Origin: a virus
Direction: 5' to 3' (one strand)
Virus record (IMG/VR): IMGVR_UViG_3300040770_000151
DNA length: 64,000 nt
Shown here: positions 40,273-50,055 of the stretch, one piece after another
Layout of the letters: each line of letters opens with the position of its first letter
How positions within the stretch are numbered: position 1 is the first letter of the stretch
The notes under the pieces: generated by a model
Told to the model about the DNA's origin: nothing
Databases searched by the model: none
The model's input: the letters and a program-made list of their open reading frames with translations, nothing else
Position numbers and translations under genes: made by a program

Positions 40273-42423
40273 TTATTTATTTAAAAGAGTTAATTTTGTT
40301 TTGCCATCAGTTAAAGATATATTACTTTCAAGGATGCTATATTTATTTTCTTTAATAATTATTTCTTGATTATCATCAAAATTTTGCAATTCAGTTGTTG
40401 GTAAATCCAAATCAATTGTGTGAATCAATTTTTTACCGCTTAATGTATCTTCAATATAAATCTTATAACCTTGTTGATACAATGTATTTTGATCTATGTA
40501 ATCCCCTGTAACAATATTGAACAAGCTACTAATATAATTATCTACCCCCGTAAATGTACGCCTGCTTTTATGTCCTATTTCGTTGTATTTATTAATTGCT
40601 ACAACTTGTTTTAACTCAGTATCTACAAACGCATAAGCTGTTGAAATTGATTTGCTACCTTGATAATAAAATATAGGGAACTCTTTTGTGATTGTATCAT
40701 AAATAAATCTAGTTTCACTTTCATTTAATTTAGCTTCACTTCCAAAAGGATAAAATGTATAAACATTTGCATCTGCATCCGTAGCAATAGGACTGAAAAC
40801 AGGCGCTGTAAATTTAGTCTCAATCTTAAATTCACTTTTTGGTTTTATTCCCAATGGATATTTTAATTGACCCCACTCTTGACCATTAGCAATCGCAAAC
40901 GATTTATTTTGTTGGTAATCACTTGTAAAATGCTTTAAATCATAAGCATCATATTTAGTATTTGTTTTTTTAGTTACTTTAGATAAATCTGCAAAAGGTG
41001 TTAAATCATTTTCTGTTCTTTCGCCTTGATGTTCTATAAAATCAACTGTTTTTTTTGTATAATAAAAATCGTTTAAAACCCCCTCATTAAATTTTTTGTA
41101 TGCAAACATTGTATAAATTGACTTTACAAAGTCAATCAACTTCATTTCTGGTAAACTCTTAAATAAATTAACAACTGTTGCTTTTGCATTAGGTTGCACA
41201 TTTGCCACGCTTGTTTTAACCCAATTTTCTTGCGCCCATACAAATAAATAATCAGTTGTTTTCCATCCGCTTAATCCATCAGAACTGACGAAAACGGCTA
41301 TTAAAGGCTTTATTAATGTACTAGGTTCGCTTCCTCCATTTGGAGTGAATACATCTAATCCTATCCCTATCCTTAAAAAACTACTTCTATTTTCTGACCC
41401 TTGAATTATTGAATAATTTAATTTTTTAAGTTTTAATCCCGCTGCATTTACTTCCCAAACTTCAATATAATTTATAGAGCTGTCAATAGCTAATGTAGAA
41501 TTATTAATTCTGAGCCTTATAAGCATTTCAAAAGTTGCGTCATGTCTACTTCCGCCTCCATAACCTAAATACCTTAATTCAAAAGCATTTATTAATGGCT
41601 TAGGTATAATGTCAAATCGCTCCTCTCTAAACGCATCGAAAAACCAAACAGGACTTTGTACCGTCGTTTGGACTTCATTAGTAGCAACATTAGCACTTAC
41701 ACACATAACCGCTAAATCTGTCAATTGCGTTGAAGTACCAATAAAAGGTAAAGGATCAATCTTAATATCGTATTTTGAATTCATTGACTGTAATATTTCG
41801 CTTAAAAAAATAGCCGGGCGTAATTCATGAGGCAATAAAACATCTTCGCTAGTTATAGGTTTGTCATTTCTATAAACTATATTGTCGGTCGGTAACGCTA
41901 CTAGCGAATTATAAAGCGTAAATATACGCTCAGTTGATACAAAAGGAATAAACCATCTTGTACCATCGCTTGCGCTTTGTATTGTTTGTAATCCTGCTTT
42001 TATTGTCCTGCTATTCCAAGTAATATCGCCGCCAATTAAATTTTTAAAAGTGTCTTCCGCTAATATTTCGGTTAAATTTTGTTTACCATCAGAAAATGAC
42101 AACTCAAATAGGCTAGGTTCTTCATTTATCCAACTTGAACCCTCAATAGTTACAATCCCTTCTTTATATAATTGATTGTCTATAAATAATTTAGCTCTTT
42201 TTTTTACATTAGTAGGCTGTAATCTATTAGTATAACCAAAATAATCCAATAGTTTAACATTATTCGGAGAAGCTTGCACGCTAAAATTGTTCGTGAAGCC
42301 TTTAAATACTGCTGTTATATCTTGAGTATAAAGCGTTTTAGTATTTAAAACAATAGTTTCATTTAGGAACGTATCTATAATTCCGTAAACTCCTGCCTCG
42401 TCTGTTTCGATATACAACTCCAT
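40273..42423 (-). CDS. Tail tip/hub protein
   Basis: DITAVFKGFTNNFSVQAS..N; adjacent to TMP. Confidence 0.65.
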   Translation of the reverse strand: MELYIETDEAGVYGIIDTFLNETIVLNTKTLYTQDITAVFKGFTNNFSVQASPNNVKLLDYFGYTNRLQPTNVKKRAKLFIDNQLYKEGIVTIEGSSWINEEPSLFELSFSDGKQNLTEILAEDTFKNLIGGDITWNSRTIKAGLQTIQSASDGTRWFIPFVSTERIFTLYNSLVALPTDNIVYRNDKPITSEDVLLPHELRPAIFLSEILQSMNSKYDIKIDPLPFIGTSTQLTDLAVMCVSANVATNEVQTTVQSPVWFFDAFREERFDIIPKPLINAFELRYLGYGGGSRHDATFEMLIRLRINNSTLAIDSSINYIEVWEVNAAGLKLKKLNYSIIQGSENRSSFLRIGIGLDVFTPNGGSEPSTLIKPLIAVFVSSDGLSGWKTTDYLFVWAQENWVKTSVANVQPNAKATVVNLFKSLPEMKLIDFVKSIYTMFAYKKFNEGVLNDFYYTKKTVDFIEHQGERTENDLTPFADLSKVTKKTNTKYDAYDLKHFTSDYQQNKSFAIANGQEWGQLKYPLGIKPKSEFKIETKFTAPVFSPIATDADANVYTFYPFGSEAKLNESETRFIYDTITKEFPIFYYQGSKSISTAYAFVDTELKQVVAINKYNEIGHKSRRTFTGVDNYISSLFNIVTGDYIDQNTLYQQGYKIYIEDTLSGKKLIHTIDLDLPTTELQNFDDNQEIIIKENKYSILESNISLTDGKTKLTLLNK

Positions 42424-42424
42424 A

Positions 42425-42751
42425 CTATTGTTTTAATGTTTTTTCAATTTTATCATAAAGCCACCCTGTCAAGTACGCCTGTGACTCATCGTTTTCTAAA
42501 TCTAGTTCCACACCCCTATCTTTAAATATATGATTTACTAAGTGAACAACTTCATGCGCTATTATACCTTCTTTACTATGCGTGAAAGCAACTATATAAT
42601 GAAAAGGTCTCCAAGGGTCTCGTAAAACTACAGCGCCATAATTTGTTAATGGTCTTGTCCTATATTTTTCACATATATAACTTAAATCATTATCGTATAT
42701 AATAGTTAAATCACAGTTGTATATTGGTATTTGTATTTTTTTTTTAATCAT
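42425..42751 (-). CDS. Small HExxH metallopeptidase-like protein
   Basis: IIAHEVVHLV...DESQAYLTG. Confidence 0.55.
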   Translation of the reverse strand: MIKKKIQIPIYNCDLTIIYDNDLSYICEKYRTRPLTNYGAVVLRDPWRPFHYIVAFTHSKEGIIAHEVVHLVNHIFKDRGVELDLENDESQAYLTGWLYDKIEKTLKQ

Positions 42752-42753
42752 CG

Positions 42754-43917
42754 TTATTGTTTTTTAATTTTTGAAGCCGTTTCTTTGAATTTTAACGTAT
42801 ATGAAATATCTCTTTTATCATTAATCAAGTTCTTTTGCGTAAAGTCAGTATCAACACAAGTAACAGGAACTTGTAAATAGGTAGAATAGTAGCCTATATC
42901 GGCATTTGTTACCGTATCACTATCAATTGATATAGTGGTGTTATCAACTGTAATAATAGTATTATCAACTGTAATGCCTTGTTGTGATGCAGTCCAACGA
43001 TCCCCGAAGAAACGGACTAAATAAACTTTTGGACTATACAAAAGTTCTTCAATTAATCCATTCATACTATTATCAAGAATACCTGTGTTAACTGTATACG
43101 TTCTAAATGCCTCATCAATCGAAGTGTTTTTATAATGCGTTGAATATGGGTTAACCATTCCATTATCTCTAAACACTTTGTTACTTTCATTTCTTTTTAT
43201 TTCATTACTTATTGAGACTTTACCAGAGGTTGTAATGTATTCAAACAAACCTTGTCTATTTATAAATATTATCAACAAAGGTTCTTTGATACATTCTACT
43301 TTTGTCGGGTTTACTTTTTCAGTAGTAATAAAATTAAAACTGTTTCTATCGTTACCAAAATTAAACGATTGCTTTGCGTAATAAGGTATAAACTCAGCAA
43401 ACCTTTTATTAGGAGTAGTAGCCACGTTGAAGCCATTTGTATTTCCAATATAATTGCCGTAAAATGATGGTGCTTCACTATCGATTCTAAAACCTAATGT
43501 AGCAACTCTATCTGTTACATTAATAGCTGTTGCACTTGATAATTCATCATAAGCATAATATGAATATCGATAAAATAAACACATCCCTTGCGTATAAGGT
43601 AAAGATGTGTTATTATAAAGTAATACAGGAAAATCTACATTGTTAAAGTTTTCACGCCTTACTAAGTCGTTTTTCAATTCGTTATCAATACGTATTGTTA
43701 CCTGCTTGTCATTCTTTGAGACTCTCGGTACATCTATCAAATGTACATTTACATTTTCTTCAACTCCTAATGCGCTAATATCAAAAGTAGTTAATTGCAA
43801 ACGTACGCGTGTATTTTTTACAGGCGGAAAATAAGTAGGGAATTCATTTTGCAAATCAACACGAATATAAACAGGAGAGTTTACATAAGATAGTTGCGAG
43901 GAGTTATTTATATTCAT
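42754..43917 (-). CDS. Minor tail protein
   Basis: FINRQGLFEY, VNTG...LLYSPKVYL; TVDNT repeats. Confidence 0.6.
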   Translation of the reverse strand: MNINNSSQLSYVNSPVYIRVDLQNEFPTYFPPVKNTRVRLQLTTFDISALGVEENVNVHLIDVPRVSKNDKQVTIRIDNELKNDLVRRENFNNVDFPVLLYNNTSLPYTQGMCLFYRYSYYAYDELSSATAINVTDRVATLGFRIDSEAPSFYGNYIGNTNGFNVATTPNKRFAEFIPYYAKQSFNFGNDRNSFNFITTEKVNPTKVECIKEPLLIIFINRQGLFEYITTSGKVSISNEIKRNESNKVFRDNGMVNPYSTHYKNTSIDEAFRTYTVNTGILDNSMNGLIEELLYSPKVYLVRFFGDRWTASQQGITVDNTIITVDNTTISIDSDTVTNADIGYYSTYLQVPVTCVDTDFTQKNLINDKRDISYTLKFKETASKIKKQ

Positions 43918-44098
43918 CTATTTTATTTTTAATAATAGCACAATCTTCATACATTTCTGCATCTTCAAACGCCTGCAAGGTACAAATTAAATCTTGTTTT
44001 GTTCCTGTTTCTAACCAACTTTCAAACTCGTTATCTGAAACAAAAAAAGCCTTGATATTCTCAGGCTTTATAATTTGTTCGTATACATTATTTATCAT
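43904..44098 (-). CDS. Hypothetical protein
   Basis: ORF track. Confidence 0.5.
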   Translation of the reverse strand: MINNVYEQIIKPENIKAFFVSDNEFESWLETGTKQDLICTLQAFEDAEMYEDCAIIKNKIDEYK

Positions 44099-44468
44099 TG
44101 CTAACTATTGATTTAATTAAACTCTTTGATATTACATTTATTGTATTAGGTATATTTTGCGCTATACTTGTAGCCATTGGGTTATCCCATAATTCAGATG
44201 TAGCGCTTGCTGGTGGGTTCCAAGGAATTGAGCCAAGTTCTTTTGGTTTTTGCCATTTACCGTAAAACAACTGCGACATAGTTAATCTTTTCCCTTTTGC
44301 GAACGGTAAAACAGAATCCCGAAGTGATCCACCTCTATTTATCGGCTCTCCGTTTTTCGCAAACGTATCTTTTGAAACTCTTACGTTTTGTCTAGTATCT
44401 TCATAAACGATTTCACCAAGTCTAGTCAGCTCCTCTTCTATTATCTTTGTTGGTGTTTTCTTCTTCAT
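44088..44468 (-). CDS. Putative neck/tail completion protein
   Basis: GSLRDS motif; virion operon. Confidence 0.45.
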   Translation of the reverse strand: MKKKTPTKIIEEELTRLGEIVYEDTRQNVRVSKDTFAKNGEPINRGGSLRDSVLPFAKGKRLTMSQLFYGKWQKPKELGSIPWNPPASATSELWDNPMATSIAQNIPNTINVISKSLIKSIVSNDK

Positions 44469-44823
44469 CCCTTTTCTTACGACCTTTAATAGCTAATAAT
44501 CTAGCTTGATTTTCTCTATTGACTTTACGCTCATATCTTTGAACTCTTCCGCTTTGTGCTTTATTTACCGATTGAACAATATCGCCCTCTTCATCAAATC
44601 TTTCAATCTTATACGGTACACTTCCCATCATTTCACGTGCATTCTGTTCTAGTGTGCTGTTGTCGTTATACTCACCATAATAATACTCTCTAAACACTAT
44701 AACGCCTCTTTGTACCTTTTGATTAATAGAACGCCTTAAACGCCCTGTATCAACGTGAGCTTCACGTTTAGACTTAACAACTACTTGCTCTGCTAGTTGC
44801 TCATCTTCTAATCTTACGGACAC
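44422..44823 (-). CDS. Putative tail completion protein
   Basis: VDTGRLRRSI motif typical of gp10-like proteins. Confidence 0.5.
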   Translation of the reverse strand: MSVRLEDEQLAEQVVVKSKREAHVDTGRLRRSINQKVQRGVIVFREYYYGEYNDNSTLEQNAREMMGSVPYKIERFDEEGDIVQSVNKAQSGRVQRYERKVNRENQARLLAIKGRKKRDEEENTNKDNRRGAD

Positions 44824-45266
44824 GCTACACCAATATTAGGAATAGACAAAACAATATCAAAACTGTGACCGCTTAGACCGTTTAGCTTTTCAAACTTTAT
44901 AGGCGTTAATACTGTTTTGCTTTGAATTTCTATATTATCATTATTGTATTGTCTAAATGAATTAATAAACGATTGGCATACGTTAAAAGTCTCGTTCATT
45001 ATATCTTGATGGTTAGTATTAATTAATAGTTTCGAATCAGTAGGCGTGGTATATACATCTTCTTGATCCATACACTTAATGCGATACGAGACTAAAATAA
45101 TATCTTCTAATACATCGGTATTAATGTATTCGAGATTAACCAATGGGTATATAGTTTCTTTGTTAGTATCAATCAAATCATCTGTTAACGTGGTAACAGT
45201 ATTAACTAAGTCATTAGCTTGAAACCAATTAATAAGATACGTATTTATTTTGTTTAATTCGTTCAT
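44814..45266 (-). CDS. Putative tail terminator
   Basis: YPLVNL...DQ...; synteny. Confidence 0.5.
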   Translation of the reverse strand: MNELNKINTYLINWFQANDLVNTVTTLTDDLIDTNKETIYPLVNLEYINTDVLEDIILVSYRIKCMDQEDVYTTPTDSKLLINTNHQDIMNETFNVCQSFINSFRQYNNDNIEIQSKTVLTPIKFEKLNGLSGHSFDIVLSIPNIGVACP

Positions 45267-45268
45267 AA

Positions 45269-45865
45269 CTACTCAACGCCTTCAACGGCTCTTTTTCTAA
45301 TTAAATACTCCCCTGTTGCTAGATAATCTGATAACTTCATTTTGTTAACTTCATCAAACTTTAAAGGATTACCGTTTGAAATCAAATAAGTAATCTCTGC
45401 ATATGCTCCGTAATGTTCTTGGAACTCCTGCCTTAATTGTTTGCCTAAAGTAAACTTTGCTGAACTAGGTAAACTTGGCGGGTCAAATATCCATTCGTAT
45501 TTTTCTTTGAAATAGTCCACACTTTCAAGGTACAACCGTTTAACCTCAGTTGCTAATTGCAAAGATATTGATTTTAAATTACTATTACTCAAATGATTAT
45601 ATAAACTTACTAAATCTAATCTGCTTAAATAAGCATCTGCTGTAATGTAATATTCTGCCGCTTTATTCTCAAAGTCTAAATCTAGTTTTAATTTACCTTT
45701 AAATGGATTAGATAATTCTTTGTTAAACTCTTCAATACATAATACCCAAGGTCGTGTGTCATTAGGATAGAAATCTTTTAAAATAGCCATACATGAATCT
45801 TCATAACTAGGATTTTCGCCTAGCTCATTCGTCATTAAAACAAATTTTTCGTAATCTATAGTCAT
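45269..45865 (-). CDS. Conserved virion-morphogenesis protein
   Basis: YGAY...L..G......V..M pattern; follows TerL. Confidence 0.45.
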   Translation of the reverse strand: MTIDYEKFVLMTNELGENPSYEDSCMAILKDFYPNDTRPWVLCIEEFNKELSNPFKGKLKLDLDFENKAAEYYITADAYLSRLDLVSLYNHLSNSNLKSISLQLATEVKRLYLESVDYFKEKYEWIFDPPSLPSSAKFTLGKQLRQEFQEHYGAYAEITYLISNGNPLKFDEVNKMKLSDYLATGEYLIRKRAVEGVE

Positions 45866-45866
45866 A

Positions 45867-47069
45867 TTAATCTAATCCACTTGTATATATTTGCTCTACA
45901 ACCGCATAAGTTCCAGCATCATTAATGTGATCCAAACCACTCGTCTTGTCAGGTAGTCCATTGTTGTATGTTTGTTGACTCAAAGCTTCCGAGTAGTTGG
46001 GGCACATTTCCAAATTTACAAAATATTTTCCATCTTCCAACGCTTTATTTACAGAGCGAACACGATTTAATATTTCAGGGTTTTTTCTTCTAATTGTTAC
46101 AATAAAATTATACTTTTCATCTATAATAATATCATAATCAGAAAGTCCTGCTGTATTTCTGTTTCTACAACTTGCATCAGGGTTAATCTCTATTTGATTA
46201 CGTGGGTATTTTAATCTTATAGAATCACATAAATCAAACGTATCATACATCTTAACAAATTCATCAACTGCGATTAATTGACCATTACGGATAACGTGTA
46301 TAATTGCGTGCATATTGCTAACGTTAAAATCCATCCCAATATAAAGATTTTCGTTTAGGTCAACAATAGCGTTACTATTATGTAATTCTCTGTTATAAGA
46401 CTTGTAAACTGATCCGCTTGTAAGGTTGCAAAACTCCCCATTAATATACGCGGTTAACTCTTCAATAGTGTATTGAGCCGTTAAAGTAGCAATATAATCT
46501 TCTGGAAGATACGGGTTGTCTAAAGTTTTGGCGCGTATTAAATGTTTTTCGTCCGTCTTCTCTTTAACTGAAAAATTATAAAGGAAATTAAAACCCTCTG
46601 GAGTGCTAACTAAATCTATTGCGTTCTTTTTACCTGCTGGGTCTATTTGCCTATTACGCGCGATAATTTTATTGAATACTGCCTTTGCCTTACCTTTAGG
46701 CAAAATATCAATCTCATCAATTATAGCGTAAAAAGTTTCGTAACCTACTATAGTCTCAGGCTTAGTCATATTTCTAAGTAAAATACTCCCGTATTTAGTC
46801 CTAAACACCTTTTCGCTTGAATTGTATTTGTATGCTATACTATGGTCTTCAAAGAATTGTTGAAACCTTGGCACTGCAATATCGTTTATAAGTGGGTAGT
46901 TTGGTAGATAGTACCCTACGTTTAAGTTAGGTGGTGTAGTAATTAGTTTAACAACTGCCTTACTTACCGCTGCTTCTGTCTTACCAGATCCAAAACCAGC
47001 TACTAATACAGTGTGCTTAGCATCTGAAAAAATAAATTCCTCTTGATGCACTAATAGCTTAAGTTCCAT
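45867..47069 (-). CDS. terL: Terminase large subunit, unit B (uninterrupted)
   Basis: VAGFGSGKT Walker A, IIDE Walker B, GMDFN, DHINDA. Confidence 0.9.
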   Translation of the reverse strand: MELKLLVHQEEFIFSDAKHTVLVAGFGSGKTEAAVSKAVVKLITTPPNLNVGYYLPNYPLINDIAVPRFQQFFEDHSIAYKYNSSEKVFRTKYGSILLRNMTKPETIVGYETFYAIIDEIDILPKGKAKAVFNKIIARNRQIDPAGKKNAIDLVSTPEGFNFLYNFSVKEKTDEKHLIRAKTLDNPYLPEDYIATLTAQYTIEELTAYINGEFCNLTSGSVYKSYNRELHNSNAIVDLNENLYIGMDFNVSNMHAIIHVIRNGQLIAVDEFVKMYDTFDLCDSIRLKYPRNQIEINPDASCRNRNTAGLSDYDIIIDEKYNFIVTIRRKNPEILNRVRSVNKALEDGKYFVNLEMCPNYSEALSQQTYNNGLPDKTSGLDHINDAGTYAVVEQIYTSGLD

Positions 47070-47328
47070 CGGCTCGGCTTATTTTAATTTCAAATATCTG
47101 ATTATCTTGAACTTGCTCTACTATTTGTTTCGGCATTCCATAACGATAATTAAGCCATGTTTTTTGAGCTGTAACGTCCCCGCTTTCAACTTTCAATGCT
47201 AGAGCTTGCCAAACCTCAACAGGTGCTAAGACGGCATCCATTTGTTCTATAAGCTTTATTTCATCTATCTTTGGTTTTCTTCCTGCATTCTTATTACCAC
47301 CATTATTTTTTCTACCATCTTCTTTCAT
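47059..47328 (-). CDS. terS: Terminase small subunit, unit B
   Basis: GRKNNGG..NAGRKPK...GMPKQ; upstream of terL. Confidence 0.7.
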   Translation of the reverse strand: MKEDGRKNNGGNKNAGRKPKIDEIKLIEQMDAVLAPVEVWQALALKVESGDVTAQKTWLNYRYGMPKQIVEQVQDNQIFEIKISRADGT

Positions 47329-47575
47329 AAAAAATCATTAATGAATCCAAAATTAATAAAAAAAACCCACTTATTTGATAAGTGGGTCAAAAAAAATATC
47401 AAAAACCAAAAACTAAAAAATTATGAAGTAACAAATATAGTTAATTATTTTAATAAATACCTATCTACTTTTTTATTTTTATTCAGTTCTGCTAATTGTT
47501 TTGCTTTTTCTCTATTATCATAAGGTAAATCAAAGATATAGACTTTTTTTGTTTCTGGATTTCTTTTTTTTGTTC

Positions 47576-47971
47576 TCATAATAATTCTGGATTTTCGTAA
47601 ATATTTCCGATTACTTGATAATCATTTACTTTAAAATATAAATCATGACTAACTCCATTAGCTCCTAACCATTCATTTTTTTTAGCAGTATACCATTGCG
47701 TATAAATAAATTTTCCATAAGAAAAACTAACTTTAGCTAATATTTCTCCATAAACATTTTGCATTTTAATTATATCCCCTTCATAAATATCTACTCCGTT
47801 TTTGTCTTTTAGTCCTGTGAACTGCATTATAGCCTCAAATTCATTTATATCTAATTTCAAAGCAGTTCCAATTCCTACTATTACTTTTATGTATTTGTTA
47901 CAAAATGAAAAAACTTCACGCATTTCTTTTTCTTTCTTTAAATATGCTCTAAACTTAATTTCTCTACTCAT
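47576..47971 (-). CDS. YopX family protein
   Basis: REIKFRA, MQFTGLKDKNG.DIYEGDI, VIGNIYENPEL. Confidence 0.9.
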   Translation of the reverse strand: MSREIKFRAYLKKEKEMREVFSFCNKYIKVIVGIGTALKLDINEFEAIMQFTGLKDKNGVDIYEGDIIKMQNVYGEILAKVSFSYGKFIYTQWYTAKKNEWLGANGVSHDLYFKVNDYQVIGNIYENPELL

Positions 47972-47975
47972 AATT

Positions 47976-48476
47976 TTATAATTGAATTGTTAAACCGAAT
48001 TTTAATTTATTAAACGTATCAACTCCAGCGAATACACCAATATCTTTTGTAATTGAGCACTGAGCATTAAGTCCAACTAATGGCACAAGTATCAATTTAT
48101 CGTTCTTGTGATACTCATAATCATTAATTTTAAAGTTACGCATCTGACCGTATAACCCTGCGCCACCTGTAAATGATATTCTAAAAGCACCTAAGTAACC
48201 AAAACTTGCTACACCATACAATGAGCACCATTCTTCTTTTGCCACTCCTGTTGTGTATTTCATTTCGTCGGATGTTATATGCTTACCTGCCCATTCACCT
48301 TTAGTCAATGAATTTTTTAATGTTCCGCTAAATCCTGCGCCAAAATAATTATCATTTTTAGTTTTTAAAATCATTTCCGCCCCTGCTAAATTTTGACTTG
48401 CTATAAAGTAATGTTGAATTACTTCTTGACTAAATCCAATCATCGGGAATAATAGTATTAATATTAATTTTTTCAT
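47976..48476 (-). CDS. Secreted beta-barrel-like protein (paralog 12876)
   Basis: Signal peptide; high similarity to 12876. Confidence 0.6.
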   Translation of the reverse strand: MKKLILILLFPMIGFSQEVIQHYFIASQNLAGAEMILKTKNDNYFGAGFSGTLKNSLTKGEWAGKHITSDEMKYTTGVAKEEWCSLYGVASFGYLGAFRISFTGGAGLYGQMRNFKINDYEYHKNDKLILVPLVGLNAQCSITKDIGVFAGVDTFNKLKFGLTIQL

Positions 48477-48636
48477 AACTTCTCTATATTTTTTAAATCA
48501 ATCAAAAAACCATCAACAAATTTTTTTACAGTAATAAATCTTTCTAAATCTGCTTTCGTTTGTTTAATGTTAATTAGATCTTTTAATACATTTGATTGTG
48601 TTTCTGTTTTCTTTATAAGTAATCTTAATTCTTCTT

Positions 48637-49035
48637 TCATAACTTATCTATTTTATACCCTAATTTATCGGCTAGTTCTTGTAATTGTTTTACTTCTGGA
48701 TTGATTGGTTTTAGTCGGTATTCTGAAAAAACAGCATCACGCCATTCGTTATCAGTACTTGGATTTCTATACTGTAATTCGCCTCTATAAAAAATCTTTT
48801 CCTCAACAATATCCAAAGCATCTAAAAATATTGATCTGTCAAATTTTTCGTGTACTGTTCTTTCGAAATTAGATTTAATAATTTCCTCTACATTAGTAAC
48901 ACGACCTAAAATGCTGTCAGAATTAGTTACTAAATACGGATAAGAATCAAAATCATCTATTGGTATTATATTTTCAACCAAATCCTTTACGCTATCCCAA
49001 CCTTGTTGAGTTGCTTTCATTGCTATTGCTTTCAT
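48637..49035 (-). CDS. Hypothetical protein (paralog 13373)
   Basis: Sequence similarity. Confidence 0.7.
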   Translation of the reverse strand: MKAIAMKATQQGWDSVKDLVENIIPIDDFDSYPYLVTNSDSILGRVTNVEEIIKSNFERTVHEKFDRSIFLDALDIVEEKIFYRGELQYRNPSTDNEWRDAVFSEYRLKPINPEVKQLQELADKLGYKIDKL

Positions 49036-49400
49036 AATTTTTCTTTTTTAAATTGTTCTACCCAAAACTCAATCAAATTGTACGGTACTGTTTCAATTGT
49101 AAACTGTTCAACATCACTTTCTTGTCCTTCATTTACTTTTTTTACAATATACTCCTCAATATCCAAGCCTTTTTTAAACGTTCTAACCATTTTGACGTGT
49201 TTTTCTTGTACGTATAACTGCAATCTCTCTCGGTTTGATGTTCTAGGTCGTCCTCGTTCTTTTTCTTCGATTACAGAGCCTATTTTAAATGGAATGTTTT
49301 TTTTTATAAACATTGCAAAATAAGCATAGTACCCTAATTGGTTTTCGTTATACACAACCCCATTCACATCGATTGCATTATTTTCAATTACTTTTATCAT
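49032..49400 (-). CDS. Putative DNA-binding protein
   Basis: RGRPR AT-hook-like motif. Confidence 0.5.
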   Translation of the reverse strand: MIKVIENNAIDVNGVVYNENQLGYYAYFAMFIKKNIPFKIGSVIEEKERGRPRTSNRERLQLYVQEKHVKMVRTFKKGLDIEEYIVKKVNEGQESDVEQFTIETVPYNLIEFWVEQFKKEKL

Positions 49401-49687
49401 TTTGCTAGTATTAAATCTGAATCATTCCAAACGTACATTTTTATTTGTGATTGAGTGCCGTCTTTTTTTTCTTTAAAACAAACAGGCTTTACTTCATTAC
49501 TGTAATTAATTTCAAATGAAACTACATATCCAAATGTTTTTTTTGATTGACACATTACTCTATCGCCAATTTCAAAAGGCTTATTTGCTTCTATGTAATT
49601 TTCTTTTGCAATTTTAAGAGACTCCCTAAGATTATATATTTTAGAGTTAATTTCTTTTTCTAATTCGATGTATTCTTGTTTTCCCAT
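49397..49687 (-). CDS. Hypothetical protein
   Basis: ORF track. Confidence 0.55.
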   Translation of the reverse strand: MGKQEYIELEKEINSKIYNLRESLKIAKENYIEANKPFEIGDRVMCQSKKTFGYVVSFEINYSNEVKPVCFKEKKDGTQSQIKMYVWNDSDLILAK

Positions 49688-49853
49688 TATCTATGTTGTT
49701 GAGGTGTTAATAAAATAAATGCTATTATTATAGCTATTGTTAAGACTGCGATTATTTTTTCTGATGTTTTCATAATATTTGTTTTTATTTATTAAGTCAA
49801 AGATACAACAACTATTTACATTTACAACTCTTAATATTAATTTTAATATAAGT

Positions 49854-50054
49854 TTAACATTTGCCGTAATAAAACTGATCCAATTCTTCTTTCAAATCTT
49901 TTACTTTTTTATTGTCGCCTTTGTTTATAGCTTCACGAATAAGCACAGGTAACTGATTTGGTCTGTCTGCGATTGCGTTGTATTTATTGCATTCTGTTTT
50001 TCCTTGAATGCGACAAGAGTTTTGACAATGTTTGCAATAAATATTCTTAGCCAT
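49854..50054 (-). CDS. Cys-rich hypothetical protein (paralog 14045)
   Basis: Sequence similarity. Confidence 0.7.
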   Translation of the reverse strand: MAKNIYCKHCQNSCRIQGKTECNKYNAIADRPNQLPVLIREAINKGDNKKVKDLKEELDQFYYGKC

Positions 50055-50055
50055 A

